From Eledone cirrhosa (Eukaryota): a stretch of DNA of 64,000 bases. The translations under genes were made by a program, and so were the position numbers. The notes under the pieces were generated by a model. It saw only the letters and a program-made list of their open reading frames with translations, did no database searches and had not been told where the DNA came from. Shown one piece after another: positions 1 to 11,792 of this stretch. The stretch covers positions 37,262,001-37,326,000 of the forward strand of contig OZ024750.1 of the NCBI GenBank assembly GCA_964016885.1, given 5' to 3'. Within the stretch, counting starts at the first letter, position 1, and every line of letters starts with the position of its first letter.

Positions 1-2744
1 GTGAGCGCCTGAAGACATTCCAGTCTCCAAGCGCTCCCTCTCGGTCTTCGCTTGACCCAGGACTGCAGCTCCGTCAAGGAGACGAGCTGGGGAAAAACGT
101 GTCTTGCAAACGGCGACCACACCTGATCACCGTCGAGGAAGAGGTGGAGATGTCGTAGCCTGAGCGCGTGTCTGCGCATCATCAGCCACGGCATGCCCAG
201 CCCTCCACGTAGCGGGTGTTGACAGCAGATGGACCGCCTGACCATCGGAGTGCGTCCCTTCCACAAGAAGCGAAAGAGCAAACGCTCCAGCGCAGTCAGG
301 CGGGGCTTAGGACAAGGTACGACGGTCAGGCGGTAGTAGATGACGGATGCGATGTACGCATTCGCCACCTCCGCTCGACCTTTCAGGGATAGCTTCCTCT
401 CGGCCCATTTCTGGGTGAGAGAAGCCACCCTGCTCGTCACCTCGTCCCAGTTTTTGTCCGTCTGGAGGTCTGGACCGAACCAGACCCCTAGCAATTTAAC
501 CGGTCCGTCCGTCCAGCGCCCGACGACGCTGTTGGACGGCATGGACCTGCCGCTCCAGGTGCCGAGCTGCAGGCCCACTGACTTTTCCTGGTTGATCATT
601 GCTCCTGTTACCGCTTCGTATTCTCTTAGTGTAGTGCCGATCGCCTCGATGTGTTTGGCGTTCGACACCACTACGGTGACATCGTCGGCATATGCTGACA
701 CGGATCTTCCGCATCCTAGTTCGCGCGGGACTCCCCTCAACGTCTCCAGTTTGTGCAGTAATGGCTCGAGAGTCAATACGTACAATAGGGACGAGAGGGG
801 ACATCCTTGGCGGACCGAGCGCATGATGTTGAACGGTTCCGAAAGGTGACCGTTCACTCTCACTACAGAGCAGATGTCGCTGTGCATGGCAGCGATCCAG
901 CCTCTGAAGACGGGCCCAAAGCCAGCCGCCCTCAGGACTGCCGTTAGGTAACGATGGTCGACCCTATCGAAGGCTTTCGACTGATCTAAATTGATCAAAG
1001 ACCCACCCGTGCCAGGTTCCCTAGCTACCCTCTCTACGATGTATCGCATGAGGTGGAGGTTGTCGTGGATGGATCTGTCGGGAATGGCGCATGTCTGTGC
1101 CTCTCCCACCAGACCACCAACGACAAGCGCCAACCTCTTTGCTAGCACCTTGGCCAAAATCTTGAACTCTGTGTTTAGCAGAGTTATGGGCCTAAAATTA
1201 TCTATGTTATCCCCCTTGTTCGGATCCTTTCTCAGCAGCGCCACCGCTCCTCGGCTCACAGAGCTGGGAATTCTCCCGTTCTGTTGCCAGTTGCAGTAGA
1301 CGTCCGCCAAGAGGCCTCCGAACAAGTTTGGCATTTGTACGTAAAGTTCATAGGGCAGACCATCCAAACCAGGCGATTTACCCCTTGTGCAACTAGTCAT
1401 TGCATCCCGTACTTCAGCGGTTGTTATCGGCTTTTCGCAACACTCCGCCTCAGTGGCCGAAAGCCGCGGCAGTCCGTCGAGGTAGACACTAAAGTCCATC
1501 CCTCGATCCGGCCCGCCACTGCCCCCGAACAGTTGAGCGAAGTGTCGCTGAAAAGCTTCACACATTTGCCCGGGATCGAGTAGCATGCGCCCGTCGTGGT
1601 CCACCAAAGACCGGATCGTGGCTTTGTTGCCACGACGCGCCTCCGCCACTCGGGCCCATTGAACGGCTTTCGTCCCCTCGTGTCTGAGAGCACGCACCCT
1701 AGCTCTGACAACGCAGCCTTCGTGCTTTGCATTGAAGAATTGGTCAAGGGCCAATTTCGCCGCAAGTACGTCGGTCGCGATGCCTTTGCTAAGCGCCTCA
1801 TCTAATTTTCTAACTAATTCTCCCTCTGCTCTATTTTTCTCTATTGCTAAAGTCTTACTAAACCTAATGGACTCTATTCTAATTGCTCTTTTCAGAGCAA
1901 ACCACCACTTGTTGTTGACGATGGCCCCCGTCAACGCCCGCTTAACTAGTTCGCTAATCCGGTCTCTGTAGGCCTTGCGCGCTGGTAAGGACGCGTTTAG
2001 CTTCCAGTAGCCGGGTCCTCGTCTATGAAGCCTATCTAAGTCAAGCACACAGATCACGAATTTGTGGTCCGTGTAGCTGACTATCTTGAATTGTGGACAG
2101 CCTATGCTAGACCTATCTATTTCCCTACAAAATACTCTATCTAGATATGATCTGGATGACCCTATGCGATTTGTCCAAGTCCACATTGGTACATTCGGGA
2201 AATCCATTCGGTACCTGTCAGACAGTTCAAAACGTCTGAGCAGGTTGGTGAGACTCTTGCACCCTCCTTCCCTATCCACTAATCCCACACAATCCCAGCG
2301 TGCATCTAAGATCCCGTTCCAGTCGCCCACTAACACTAAAGAGCGGGACGTTCCAAGAAAGGTCTCCAGACGCCGGAAGAAATCAGGCCGCCCTGCTCCT
2401 GTCGGGGCATAGACGGCCACTAACCTGAAAGCTTGCCCGTCTCCGCTGGTCACGTCCAGCACCACCAACTTACCTTCTGGGTCCAGGAAGATGGCCCGTA
2501 TGGCAAGATCCAAACCTCTCCGAAAAAGCACAGCAACTCCTCCCCCCGATCCCGGACGGCTGGGAGATGCGTACACATCGTAGCCGCCGAAGATCGGTGC
2601 GAAAGCCTGTGCTTCGGAGATTCTGGTCTCGCTGATGGCCACTACATCTATGTTTAGTGACCTGAGGTCGTTGAGCAGGTGGCCCTGCTTCCATGACGAC
2701 CCCAAGCCACGCGCATTTATGCTGCCTATTCTGAGTGAGGTCAT
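1..2744 (-). CDS. LINE ORF2: APE endonuclease + reverse transcriptase (3'-incomplete in window)
   Basis: Manual translation from ATG at 2744: MTSLRIGSINARGL..VAISET..VYAP..LVGDWN..YLDRVF..TDHK..GPGYWKLN; YADD at ~692 is in the same frame; the ORF track lists no stop-terminated ORF in this frame, consistent with an open frame running off the window. Confidence 0.92.
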   Translation of the reverse strand, partial: MTSLRIGSINARGLGSSWKQGHLLNDLRSLNIDVVAISETRISEAQAFAPIFGGYDVYASPSRPGSGGGVAVLFRRGLDLAIRAIFLDPEGKLVVLDVTSGDGQAFRLVAVYAPTGAGRPDFFRRLETFLGTSRSLVLVGDWNGILDARWDCVGLVDREGGCKSLTNLLRRFELSDRYRMDFPNVPMWTWTNRIGSSRSYLDRVFCREIDRSSIGCPQFKIVSYTDHKFVICVLDLDRLHRRGPGYWKLNASLPARKAYRDRISELVKRALTGAIVNNKWWFALKRAIRIESIRFSKTLAIEKNRAEGELVRKLDEALSKGIATDVLAAKLALDQFFNAKHEGCVVRARVRALRHEGTKAVQWARVAEARRGNKATIRSLVDHDGRMLLDPGQMCEAFQRHFAQLFGGSGGPDRGMDFSVYLDGLPRLSATEAECCEKPITTAEVRDAMTSCTRGKSPGLDGLPYELYVQMPNLFGGLLADVYCNWQQNGRIPSSVSRGAVALLRKDPNKGDNIDNFRPITLLNTEFKILAKVLAKRLALVVGGLVGEAQTCAIPDRSIHDNLHLMRYIVERVAREPGTGGSLINLDQSKAFDRVDHRYLTAVLRAAGFGPVFRGWIAAMHSDICSVVRVNGHLSEPFNIMRSVRQGCPLSSLLYVLTLEPLLHKLETLRGVPRELGCGRSVSAYADDVTVVVSNAKHIEAIGTTLREYEAVTGAMINQEKSVGLQLGTWSGRSMPSNSVVGRWTDGPVKLLGVWFGPDLQTDKNWDEVTSRVASLTQKWAERKLSLKGRAEVANAYIASVIYYRLTVVPCPKPRLTALERLLFRFLWKGRTPMVRRSICCQHPLRGGLGMPWLMMRRHALRLRHLHLFLDGDQVWSPFARHVFPQLVSLTELQSWVKRRPRGSAWRLECLQAL

Positions 2745-2778
2745 GTTGAAAAGGAGTGGAAAAGATGGGGAAGACCAC

Positions 2779-4472
2779 TTACCTTACTTCTCGTAGGGGA
2801 AGGACGGTTTTTCCATCCTTTTCACTGTTTGTGGCCTCCTCAGGAAGGATGTCCTTATAAATCCTCCTGGAGAGTGCTTGTCGGAAGTCTCCGATGTCTT
2901 TTGAGAATTTTTTTTTCAGTGTCATGTACGTTTTCTGTGTGATGCGAGTGATTTGTATGTGTGGAGGTGGTGTGAATTTTGGGGTTGTTGTGTAGTCTTT
3001 TTCTGTGATGCTGGTGTTGTGTTGGATGTAGTGTAATAATTGCTTGTTGTTCAAATTTAATGCTGTGTAGTGTGTATCGTTTTGGTTGTTTTGTTTTGTT
3101 TGCGTTTGTTGTGGGTTTGTTTCTGTTTCGCATTTTGGTGACTTTTGTGGTGTAGGTGATGGTGGTGTTGGAGTTAATGATGGTGATGGTGTTGGTGTTT
3201 GGGTTGATGGGGTTGGTGATGCTGGTGTGGATGGTGGCATATCTGTCCTAACTTTTTTGTTTCTTAGTTTATTTGTTTCCCTCTGTGTTTTGTTTTTGGA
3301 GGGAGAAGGAAGAGAATTTTTTCTTTTTTGGTTTCTTTTTTTTTTTCCGGATATTGTTTCCCACTCCTCGTCGTCACAATCTGTCTCCAGTTGTGATAGG
3401 CCGGGGAGTGGAAAATCCTCCACAGCCGTTAGTTTTGGTTGTGGTGTGGTGGATGGTGTAGGCGCTGGTGCTAGTTCTGAAGCGTTGGGTGGTGGTGGTG
3501 TTGGTTTTGCTGGTGGTGGTAGTGGTGTTGGTTTTGCTACTGTTGCTGGGGTTGTTGCTGTTATAGTTGCTTCTGTTGTTGCTGCTACAGTTGTTGCTGC
3601 CATCTCTGCTACTGGTGGTGTTGATGGTTGTGTCACTGGGGTGGGTAGGAGAGGTGGCCTCAACCTTTTAGCCTGAGGGCAGAAAGCCCTTAGGTGGGTT
3701 CCTTCACCACAAACGACACACCTAGGTCTTCTGCCCTCGACAATTACCGTGAGGTGGCTGCCGTCAGTGAGGTCTATTACCTCTGGGATCTCCTCAATGC
3801 TTTTTTGGTCCGCTTGGATCAGGAGCTCCATCCCAGATCCAGACCAGTTTTCCTGCTTTTCTTTTGCTACTGCTATTATTTTCGTGTTGGCTTCGATGCC
3901 GGCGAGGACAGCCGCTATTAGCCAGGGAATTTCGATGGCCGGTGGAACGTGGGTCACCCTGATCTTTACGAGTCTCTGGCCACAATAGCTTGGGACGAGT
4001 GTGAGGTCGTCACTTTTTAATGGGGCCATGGAGTGTTCTCTAGCCTCCTCTGGTGTTTCAAAGAACACATCCACGGTTCCATACTTTTGCCCACGTCTGA
4101 TGTGGGTTTTTCTTGCCCACACATGTCCCAAAGCTTTTTGGATTTGGGACTCGGATGCCCGTTCCACTCGGCGCGATTTTACATTTATTGTTCTATACGA
4201 CACGGTGCACAGGCGCCGATGCTCCATTTTATTAGGTGGGGGGGGGGGCTGACCCTGTACCCATCTTTCTTTACCATTTGTTTGGCATTTTCTAAATCTT
4301 CTTGAGTTACCGTGAACGCTTCGAATTGTTTTGCTACGATGGCGAAACTGAGGGTCGGTTTTATAATGTCATTGTTGTTGTTGCTATCGTTAATATTAAT
4401 TTTATTTTCAGTTGTGGTGGTGGTGACGTCAGTCGTCTTTGGTGGGGAAGAGTCCATTTTGCTTGATTTCAT
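2779..4472 (-). CDS. LINE ORF1 (nucleic-acid-binding protein with CCHC zinc knuckle), frameshifted at a G11 run
   Basis: 482-aa ORF 2779-4227 contains CVVCGEGTHLRAFC (CX2CX4HX4C) and a Pro/Thr-rich tail; upstream ORF 4185-4472 joins it if the G11 run at 4238-4248 were G12. Confidence 0.8.
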
Positions 4473-4933
4473 TTCGACGTCACGAGTTAATTTATTTTTT
4501 TCTTCTTTTGTTTCTGTTGTCGCGGTGGTGGTGGTGGTGGTGGAGGGTTTAAACCTGCAGTCATTGGTAATGGCGGGAAATGAATGTCTGCCTGAGACAA
4601 ATTTAAAATATTGCTACTGCTTATATTTTTTTTTTGTGTTGGCAAACGTAGTAACATTTACAATGGTGGTGTCGGTGTGAGGTGTTATATTGTGAGGAAG
4701 GCTTTCAGCTGCCTCGTGCAGAGGGGAATTAGCCATTTTTTTTCAAAGAAAATTTTGGATAATAATAAAAGTTAAAATTTTGGGCACAAGGCCCCAATCT
4801 TTTTGGGTGTCCTTTTCGGAAAACAATGTATGTGTTTTACAATAAAATTTTCCATAAATGGCAATTTTTAAACAAACGGAAATAACAAACCTTTTCGGAG
4901 CTCACGATAATACGATTTCCTACGTAGGTCGCC

Positions 4934-4987
<54 letters not shown>
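4934..4987. repeat. (AAT)18 microsatellite between two LINEs
   Basis: Direct reading. Confidence 0.97.
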
Positions 4988-4988
<1 letters not shown>

Positions 4989-6490
4989 TTCTACATGGAT
5001 GACCTGAAACTATTTGCAAAAAATGATGAACAATTGCAAGGGCTATTATCCACTGTGAAGCAGTTCAGTGATGACATTAAAATGGAGTTTGGACTGGATA
5101 AATGCGCCAAAGCAACGTTCACCAGAGGAAAGCTGCTGAAGAGTTCAGACATTAATCTTGATCGAGGGAACGTGATAAGAGAGCTTGATCAAGAAAAAAC
5201 TTACAAATATCTAGGTGTTTGTGAAGGAGACGGAATCAAGCACTCGACAATGAGGGAAAGGATAAGGAAGGAATGTTACCGCAGAGTCAGAGCAATCTTA
5301 AGAACGGAATTGAATGCAAGGAATAGGATCGATGCCATAAACACGCTTGCCATACCAGTAGTAACCTACAGTTACAATGTCATCAACTGGTCAAGCACAG
5401 AGATCCGTAGGCTCGATACAAAAATCCGAAAATACTTAACCATGCACAGAATGCATCACCCTAAGGCAGACATAGATAGAAGGAGGACGTGGGTTAATCC
5501 AGTTAGACATTGCGTTGAAAACTGCAACAATTGGATTATCCACATATCTAAGGGAATCACATGATTGGATGATCAAACTCGTTTTGAAACACGAAAGCAC
5601 CAAAAGATCATATTCCATTACAAAAGATGCACAAAGATACAGTAATGGACTACAAATTTCAGAAGTTCCATTTACTGCTGAAATGGAAAACACAGAAAAA
5701 GCAAAGCAGGTCTGGCTAAGAAATGGCAAGAAAAGCCTCTGTATGGAAAATAGCCAGAGCGAGCTAACAATCCTGATGTTGACAAAACTTTAACCCATCA
5801 GTGGTTGGCATCCTCTGGACTGAAATCGGAGACTGAAGGACTGATTATATCGGCACAAGATCAGTGTCTGCCAACAAAAAATTACCAAGCCAACATAATA
5901 AAAAATGGGTGCAGCCCATTATGCCGTGTATGCAAAAACAACCAGAGACCATTGACCATATAATTTCAATGTGCAGTCCTATAGCTCCAACCTGGAGCTA
6001 TAGGACTGCACATTGAAATTATATGGTCAATGGTCTCTGGTTGTTTTTTGCATACACGGCATAATGGGCTGCACTAAACAGGCATGGCAGAGCTGCACAA
6101 TACATACATTGGATAATGTGTATTTGACCTGCCCCATCAAAAGAATTGGTGGGAGCATCAACCACCTCCCATACTTGAAAAAGATCACATCTCAATCTTG
6201 TGGAACTTTAGCATCCAAACAGACCGAAAAATAGATGCAAATAGACGTGATATTATATTGAAGGACTTTCAAAGGAGGGTATGCCTGCTAATTGATATGT
6301 CTGTTCCAATAGACAAGAATGTATCTATAAAAACATTTGAAAAATTGAGCAAGTATAAGGACCTGGAGATAGAAATTTGAAAAATGTGGAAATTGAGAAC
6401 TAAAACAATACCAGTGGTTGTAGGCGCTCTGGGAATGATACCTAAGGGGTCTAACGACTACTTATCGCAAATCCCAGGAAACCCGAAAAA
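4986..6490 (+). mobile_element. 5'-truncated, decayed R4/Dong-type non-LTR retrotransposon (RT C-terminal part, CCHC finger, restriction-like endonuclease)
   Basis: FYMDDLKLFAK..FGLDKCAK..YKYLG; CRVCK..ETIDHIISMC; WNFSIQTD..ANRRDII..IDMSVP..EKLSKYKDL..PVVVGALG; frameshifts and stops present. Confidence 0.85.
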
Positions 6491-6727
6491 TAAATGACAA
6501 TAAATACAGTTCTTTTCTCCCTGACTAAGTGGCAAAAATGGGCGCAAACTGCTGACCCATCGGATTAAAATCAGACACCCTAGGCTCTGGACATCTGTGG
6601 GTTTCATAAACTTAGAAGTAAGATGTGTAATGAAATATGAACTAGTAATAAAACATTGATTTCAAGAATTAACAACCCAACCACCAATCTTTGTAGGAAG
6701 TATGATAATATAATCAATTATGAACTA

Positions 6728-7053
6728 CAGTTGTCCCCCGGTATTCGCGAGGGTTACGTTCCTAGAGTACCCGCCAAGATGGAAAACCCCACGAATATTG
6801 GACGTGGTCCATAAAAATGCCTATAAACGTCAAAACGTAACGTAAAATATAGACCGGCAAATACGGTATATCGTTATTAATAATTTAGCGTTAAAGAATA
6901 CATATTGCCACGAAAAAAGCCGCCTCACCAAAAATTATCGCGGAAGATATGTACGATTCCGCGAATATGCAGTGGTTTCCACGTACAATCGTTAGTTAGG
7001 TTCTGAGGAAAATTCCGCAAATAATCGGAACCGCGAATGCCAGGGGTACAATG
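6728..7053. mobile_element. MITE of Tc1/mariner-pogo (Tigger-like) type
   Basis: Imperfect TIRs CAGTTGTCCCCCGGTATTCGCG / CGCGAATGCCAGGGGTACAATG, each flanked by TA; second copy at ~22227-22540. Confidence 0.75.
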
Positions 7054-7125
7054 TAGTACCAAAATATTGATTTCTAATAAAGCGACGAAACCACAAATCT
7101 TTGAGGGAAGTCATATAATCGATTA

Positions 7126-7500
7126 TATCGACCCTGTAAGGATGAAAGGCAAAGCTAACCTCGGCTGGATTTGAACTGAGAACGCAACGGGCCATAACTC
7201 TATGCTGCAAAGCATGGTGTCTGACTCTCTACTGATTCTGCCAATCAAAAGAAGTGATATTGGTATTGAAAAACAATCCCTTATTTTCTGCTGTGAATTG
7301 GCAGTATCAGTAGAGTGTCGGACACCATGCTTTGCAGCATAGAGCTACGACCCTTTACGTTCTGAATCAAATCCCGCCGAGGTTAGCTTTGCTTTTCATC
7401 CTTACAGGGTCGATCAAATAAAGTATCAGTAATGCACTGATGTCCATTTACTCGACTTTCCCTTTCCCCTAAAATTGTTGGCCTTTGTCTAAATCAGAAA
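7126..7500. mobile_element. Two divergently oriented tRNA-derived SINE copies (7126-7246 minus, 7298-7500 plus)
   Basis: TGGCAG..TCAGTAGAG A-box-like head, GTTCAAATC B-box-like motif, conserved GCCTTTCATCCTTACGGGGTCGATAAAAT-type body. Confidence 0.85.
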
Positions 7501-7851
7501 GTATTATTTTCTGCTGTTGGTCGTTAAAGTATTGCCTGGCCATGACGCCATGTTTTATGGAGTGAAAACTGAAGAGATCACCCAGTGTCATCAAGTGGAA
7601 GCTATATTACAAGTTGTAGTTTAGTACAAATTAATTAAGTAATTAATTAATCACCAGCAGCAGGTATGACATCTAAATTGGTTGTTCATGATTATTCAGC
7701 TGCAGAATTAAATTTACTGAATCTTTGGTAATTCAGAATAAATAATATATTTCAGGAAGTTGTTTTTTATTTTGTTTTGTTTTGTTTCGTTTCAATTTTA
7801 GATCAAGAAATTTAAAAAAATCTCTTTTGATGCCCCCCACCCCACCGGGTT

Positions 7852-8406
7852 CTAGGTTGGGTCTTAACAGATGGTGTTTAGGTTGGGTCTTAACAGATGA
7901 TCTGTCTTCAGATGGTGTTTAGGTTGGGCCTTAACTGATGGTGTTTAAGTTGGATCTTAACAGATGGTCTGTCTTCAGATGGTGTCTAGGATCTTAACAG
8001 ATGGTCTGTCTTCAGATGGTGTTTAGGTTGGGCCTTAACAGATGGTCTGTCTTCAGATGGTGTTTAAGTTGGGCCTTAACAGATGGTCTGTCTTCAGATG
8101 GTGTTTAAGTTGGATCTTAACAGATGGTCTGTCTTCAGATGGTGTTTAGGTTGGGTCTTAACAGATGATCTGTCTTCAGATGGTGTCTAGGTTGGATCTT
8201 AACAGATGGTCTGTCTTCAGATGGTGTTTAAGTTGGGCCTTAACAGATGGTCTGTCTTCAGATGGTGTTTAGATTGGGTCTTACACAGATGATCTGTCTT
8301 CAGATGGTGTTTAGATTGGGTCTTACACAGATGATCTGTCTTCAGATGGTGTTTAGGTTGGGTCTTACACAGATGATCTGTCTTCAGATGGTGTTTAAGT
8401 TGGGTC
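7852..8406. repeat. Minisatellite, 41-42 bp unit, ~13 copies
   Basis: Unit CAGATGGTCTGTCTTCAGATGGTGTTTAGGTTGGGTCTTAA, head-to-tail with no spacers. Confidence 0.95.
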
Positions 8407-8552
8407 GTATGAAGCCGACCTTCTCACTGAGATATCTTTGAACTCAATAATCATTAACTGTTGATCTCATACCCAGTTCAATACACTATTTCCCCTCTAT
8501 CATATTGATATTACACAGATCATTATCATTATCATCATTATTATTATTATTA

Positions 8553-8730
8553 TTGGCAGTATCGGTAGAGGGTCGGACGCCATGCTTTGACGCATAGAGT
8601 TACGGCCCTTGCCATTCTGAGTTCAAATCCCGTTGAGGTTAACTTTGCCTTTCATCATTACGGGGTCAATAAAATAAAGTACCAGTAATGTACTGGGTAA
8701 TTGTTGGCCTTGTGCCAAAAGTAGAAACAA
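8553..8730 (+). mobile_element. tRNA-derived SINE
   Basis: Same family; GAGTTCAAATCC B-box; flanked by (ATT)n. Confidence 0.88.
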
Positions 8731-8794
8731 TTATTATTATTATTGGTCTGATCGGACGTTTTTTTGCTCGCTTCCAGTAAGTCGCTTTATGTAC

Positions 8795-10230
8795 CTGTCA
8801 CAAATGTACCGGTTAAATTGCTCGGGGTCTGGTTCGGTCCGGACCTCCAGATGGAGAAAAACTGGAGCGAGGTGACGAGCAGGGTGGCCTCTCTCACCCA
8901 GAAATGGGCCGAGAGGAGGCTGTCTCTGAAAGGTCTGGATGAGGTGGTGAATGCGTACATAGCGTCCGTCATCTACTACCGCCTGACCGTCGTACCTTTC
9001 CCCCCACCCAACTCTTCCGCTTTTTGTGGAAGGGACGTGCTCCCATGGTCAGACGATCAATTTGCTGCCAACACCCGTTGCGTGGAAGACTAGGCATGCC
9101 GTGGATGATGATGCGCAAACATGCGCTGAGGCTGCGACATCTCTGGTGCTTCCTTGACGGTGAACAGGTGTGGTCGCCGTTTGCCAGACGCGCTTTTCCC
9201 CAGCTCGTCTCCTTGACGGAGCTACAGTCCTGGATCAGGAAAAGACCGAGGGATAGCGCTTGGAAGCTAGAATGTCTCCAAGCGCTCACCACCCCCTACC
9301 AGCTGGGCACTAGTATCGGTGGAACATCCACCTCGGCGTTCTATAGAGGGCTGGTGGAAGGAAAGAGCGACGACGTTCTCGGGGAGACCCAGGGTTTCAA
9401 AGACGATCAGCTGTTCGCTCTCTTCAAGAGAACTTTCAGACCGGGGCCTATGGACAACTTCCAGAAATCCCTGGCTTGGCAGTGCTACCGGAGATCGTTG
9501 CCGGTTCAGGATAAGCTCTACAGGCACGGAGGTGCTGTCAGCCAAGCCTGTCCGAGATGCGCGCAGGGCGACAAAACCGTCCTGCACGCACTCGTTCAGT
9601 GCCCGAGGATTGCTGAATTGTGGAGCTATGTCGAACAGCTGCTGTCACGTGTAGGACGGATCCGGTTATCGATTGAGTCCATTGTGCAGATAACCCCGCC
9701 ATCCTCCTTTAAAGAGGAGGAAGGGCAGGCAGTTTTCATCTGCTTGGTGGCCATGGCGAAAGGGATTGTGTGGTGGACAAGGTTGAAAGGGTTGAAGACG
9801 GACACTTTCCTCTTCGGCCAATCCCGGATTAACTTTTTCAAGTTTCACTTTAAGAGGAAAATCAGGGTGGAGAGGCAAGTGCTGTCTTTTAGTAAGTTTG
9901 TTGAAAGGTGGGTGAAAGTGGCGAGTCTGGTCCGAGTGAACATACCCGCTCTGAGTATGCGCCTGTAGACTGAGCAATGGGAAAACTGAGAGAGGGCGCT
10001 TGCCCTTGTCAGGGTGGCCGTGGTGTTTTTTGTGTGGTTTTCGCCTCGAGTGACCCTCGGAGGTTTCCCCCTTTTGGGGGAATTTTTGTTGTTTGAATTT
10101 TTTTGATTTCTAGCCCGATTTTGTTATAACCTGTTTACACGACCAAAACCTACTTTGTATCGTCCTGTACAGTTCTGTGCCGTCTCTAATGTTTTTCTTC
10201 GTGTTACCCTTGTGGCCAATAAAGAAACCA
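8795..10230 (+). mobile_element. L1/Tx1 3' fragment (ORF2 C-terminus, 3'UTR, (ATT)n tail)
   Basis: VKLLGVWFGPD matches the element at 1-500; CPRC..HALVQC zinc finger in ORF 9024-9968; AATAAA followed by (ATT)n; frameshift near 9000. Confidence 0.9.
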
Positions 10231-10274
10231 TTATTATTATTATTATTATCATTATTATTATTATTATTCAAAAA

Positions 10275-10460
10275 GGCGGTGGACTGGCAGTATCGGTAGA
10301 GGGTCGGACGCCATACTTTGACGCATAGAGTTACGGCCCTTGCCATTCTGAGTTCAAATCCCGACGAGGTTAACTTTGCCTTTCATCCTTACGGGGTCGA
10401 TAAAATAAAGTACCAGTAATGCACTGGGTAATTGCTGGCCTTGTGATAAAAAGTAGAAAA
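10275..10460 (+). mobile_element. tRNA-derived SINE (near full length)
   Basis: GGCGGTGGACTGGCAGTATCGGTAGAG..GAGTTCAAATCC..GCCTTTCATCC. Confidence 0.9.
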
Positions 10461-11184
10461 TTATTATTATTCAAAGTTGAAAGTTTCATTGAAGTCAGAA
10501 CAAGACACAGGAAAAGTAAACTCCCTGACCAGCTCCTGTCGATGTTTTCGTTGAAATAAATTTAATAGTAGCCGTCTGAAATGACACTTCACCCATGAAT
10601 GCTCACAGGAGTAAGCTATTTGATGTGTGTTCGTCTGTGATGGACGCCAAATAACTCCCATACTAATTAGATGCGAGATCAGGTTATATTACCGCAAAGT
10701 TCTCAGCTGATGTGTTCGGGAAATTATAAATACAGAAGCGTTGATTAATTAGGAAATACTACAGGCACTGTCATTATTTTAAGATGCACCAGAAGAACTG
10801 TCCGAAGAAAATTTCTTAAGATATCCTGAAATATAAGACGTTATGTAAAGTAGGATTGTGAAATTGCTGTATTGCTAACGATAGAGCTGTATTGATAACA
10901 GCCTTGGTATAAACATTTCAAAGCTACCCCACCTTTTCCCCCTATTTTAAGTTACCTCAAGATAATCTGGAATCGCTTTCATATTGGCCCCTTCCCATCG
11001 GAGCTAACTTGAACCTGGTGTCAAATTATTCCTTTACCGTTCATATTAAGCCCACCACCTCCTTCTGATTTAGTTAAAATGATAAATATTAATTCTTACA
11101 TGTTATGATGTGTATTGCATAAAACACGTGACACATTAGAAAATATGAAAAAAATGTCATTAATACACATACATATACATACAT

Positions 11185-11792
11185 GGTGGCTGCCAACTCG
11201 TTTTCGAGTACGGCCACTACTTTATATCCATGTAGGAGAACCCCTACCGATGCGCTGAACGAGTGTGACTTTTTAGTCCAGCCAGCGACTTGAAAACTCT
11301 GGTACAAACACTACACTTGTGACAATTATTGACACATAGTGCTGGGCCCATGGTACCATGTGGCGACAAGTGCAGAGAGATCTCCAGATATAAAGCAATG
11401 CCTGTGCCGTGAAGCTTTTATAATGAGCAAAGGCACTGCACAAAGCCAGTCCCACTCTCTTAACCAAGATGATATTTACCAAAAAGAAGAACACGTCAAC
11501 ACCATTGGATAGCATCAGGGTTGCAGGTGTTATATCAGAGTTTTCTTTCTCCTAGAATTCTGCCTTGACAAAGGCTAAGGGGTCATCTCTCCCGGTGATT
11601 TTGGATGGCCATTGACTCTTAAGAGCTCCTTTGCTCTTTGACAGGTTTTGTTTTTAGTCCTGCAGGATGTCCAAAGTCACCCTCCTCACCAAGAAACCTT
11701 GGTGGGGTTGCCAGTTTAGTCGCCAACGACCCGACCATGGGACAGGTTGTACTGGAATACATGTTACCAGTAGCACCAACTGGTGACCTGAC
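11185..11792 (-). mobile_element. Dispersed repeat, probable LINE (RTE-like) 5'UTR fragment
   Basis: Close copy at 38447-39001; partial inverted copy at 11972-12086; sits in (TACA)/(TA) tracts; family assignment is inference. Confidence 0.55.

Larger units (their letters stand above)
1..4933 (-). mobile_element. L1/Tx1-clade non-LTR retrotransposon, 5' part (5'UTR, ORF1, most of ORF2); continues beyond window start
   Basis: Two-ORF layout on the minus strand (see CDS entries); the presumed 5' end abuts the (AAT)n tract at 4934; homologous to 3' fragments at 8795-10230 and 15175-15780. Confidence 0.9.

Noticed and set aside
340-4680. Plus-strand ORFs overlapping the LINE
   Set aside because: Antisense shadows of ORF1/ORF2 with no recognisable motifs
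7852-8406. CRISPR-like array or hammerhead array (contains TCTTCAG)
   Set aside because: No unique spacers, no cas genes, eukaryotic context; CUGAAGA has no GAAA partner or stems
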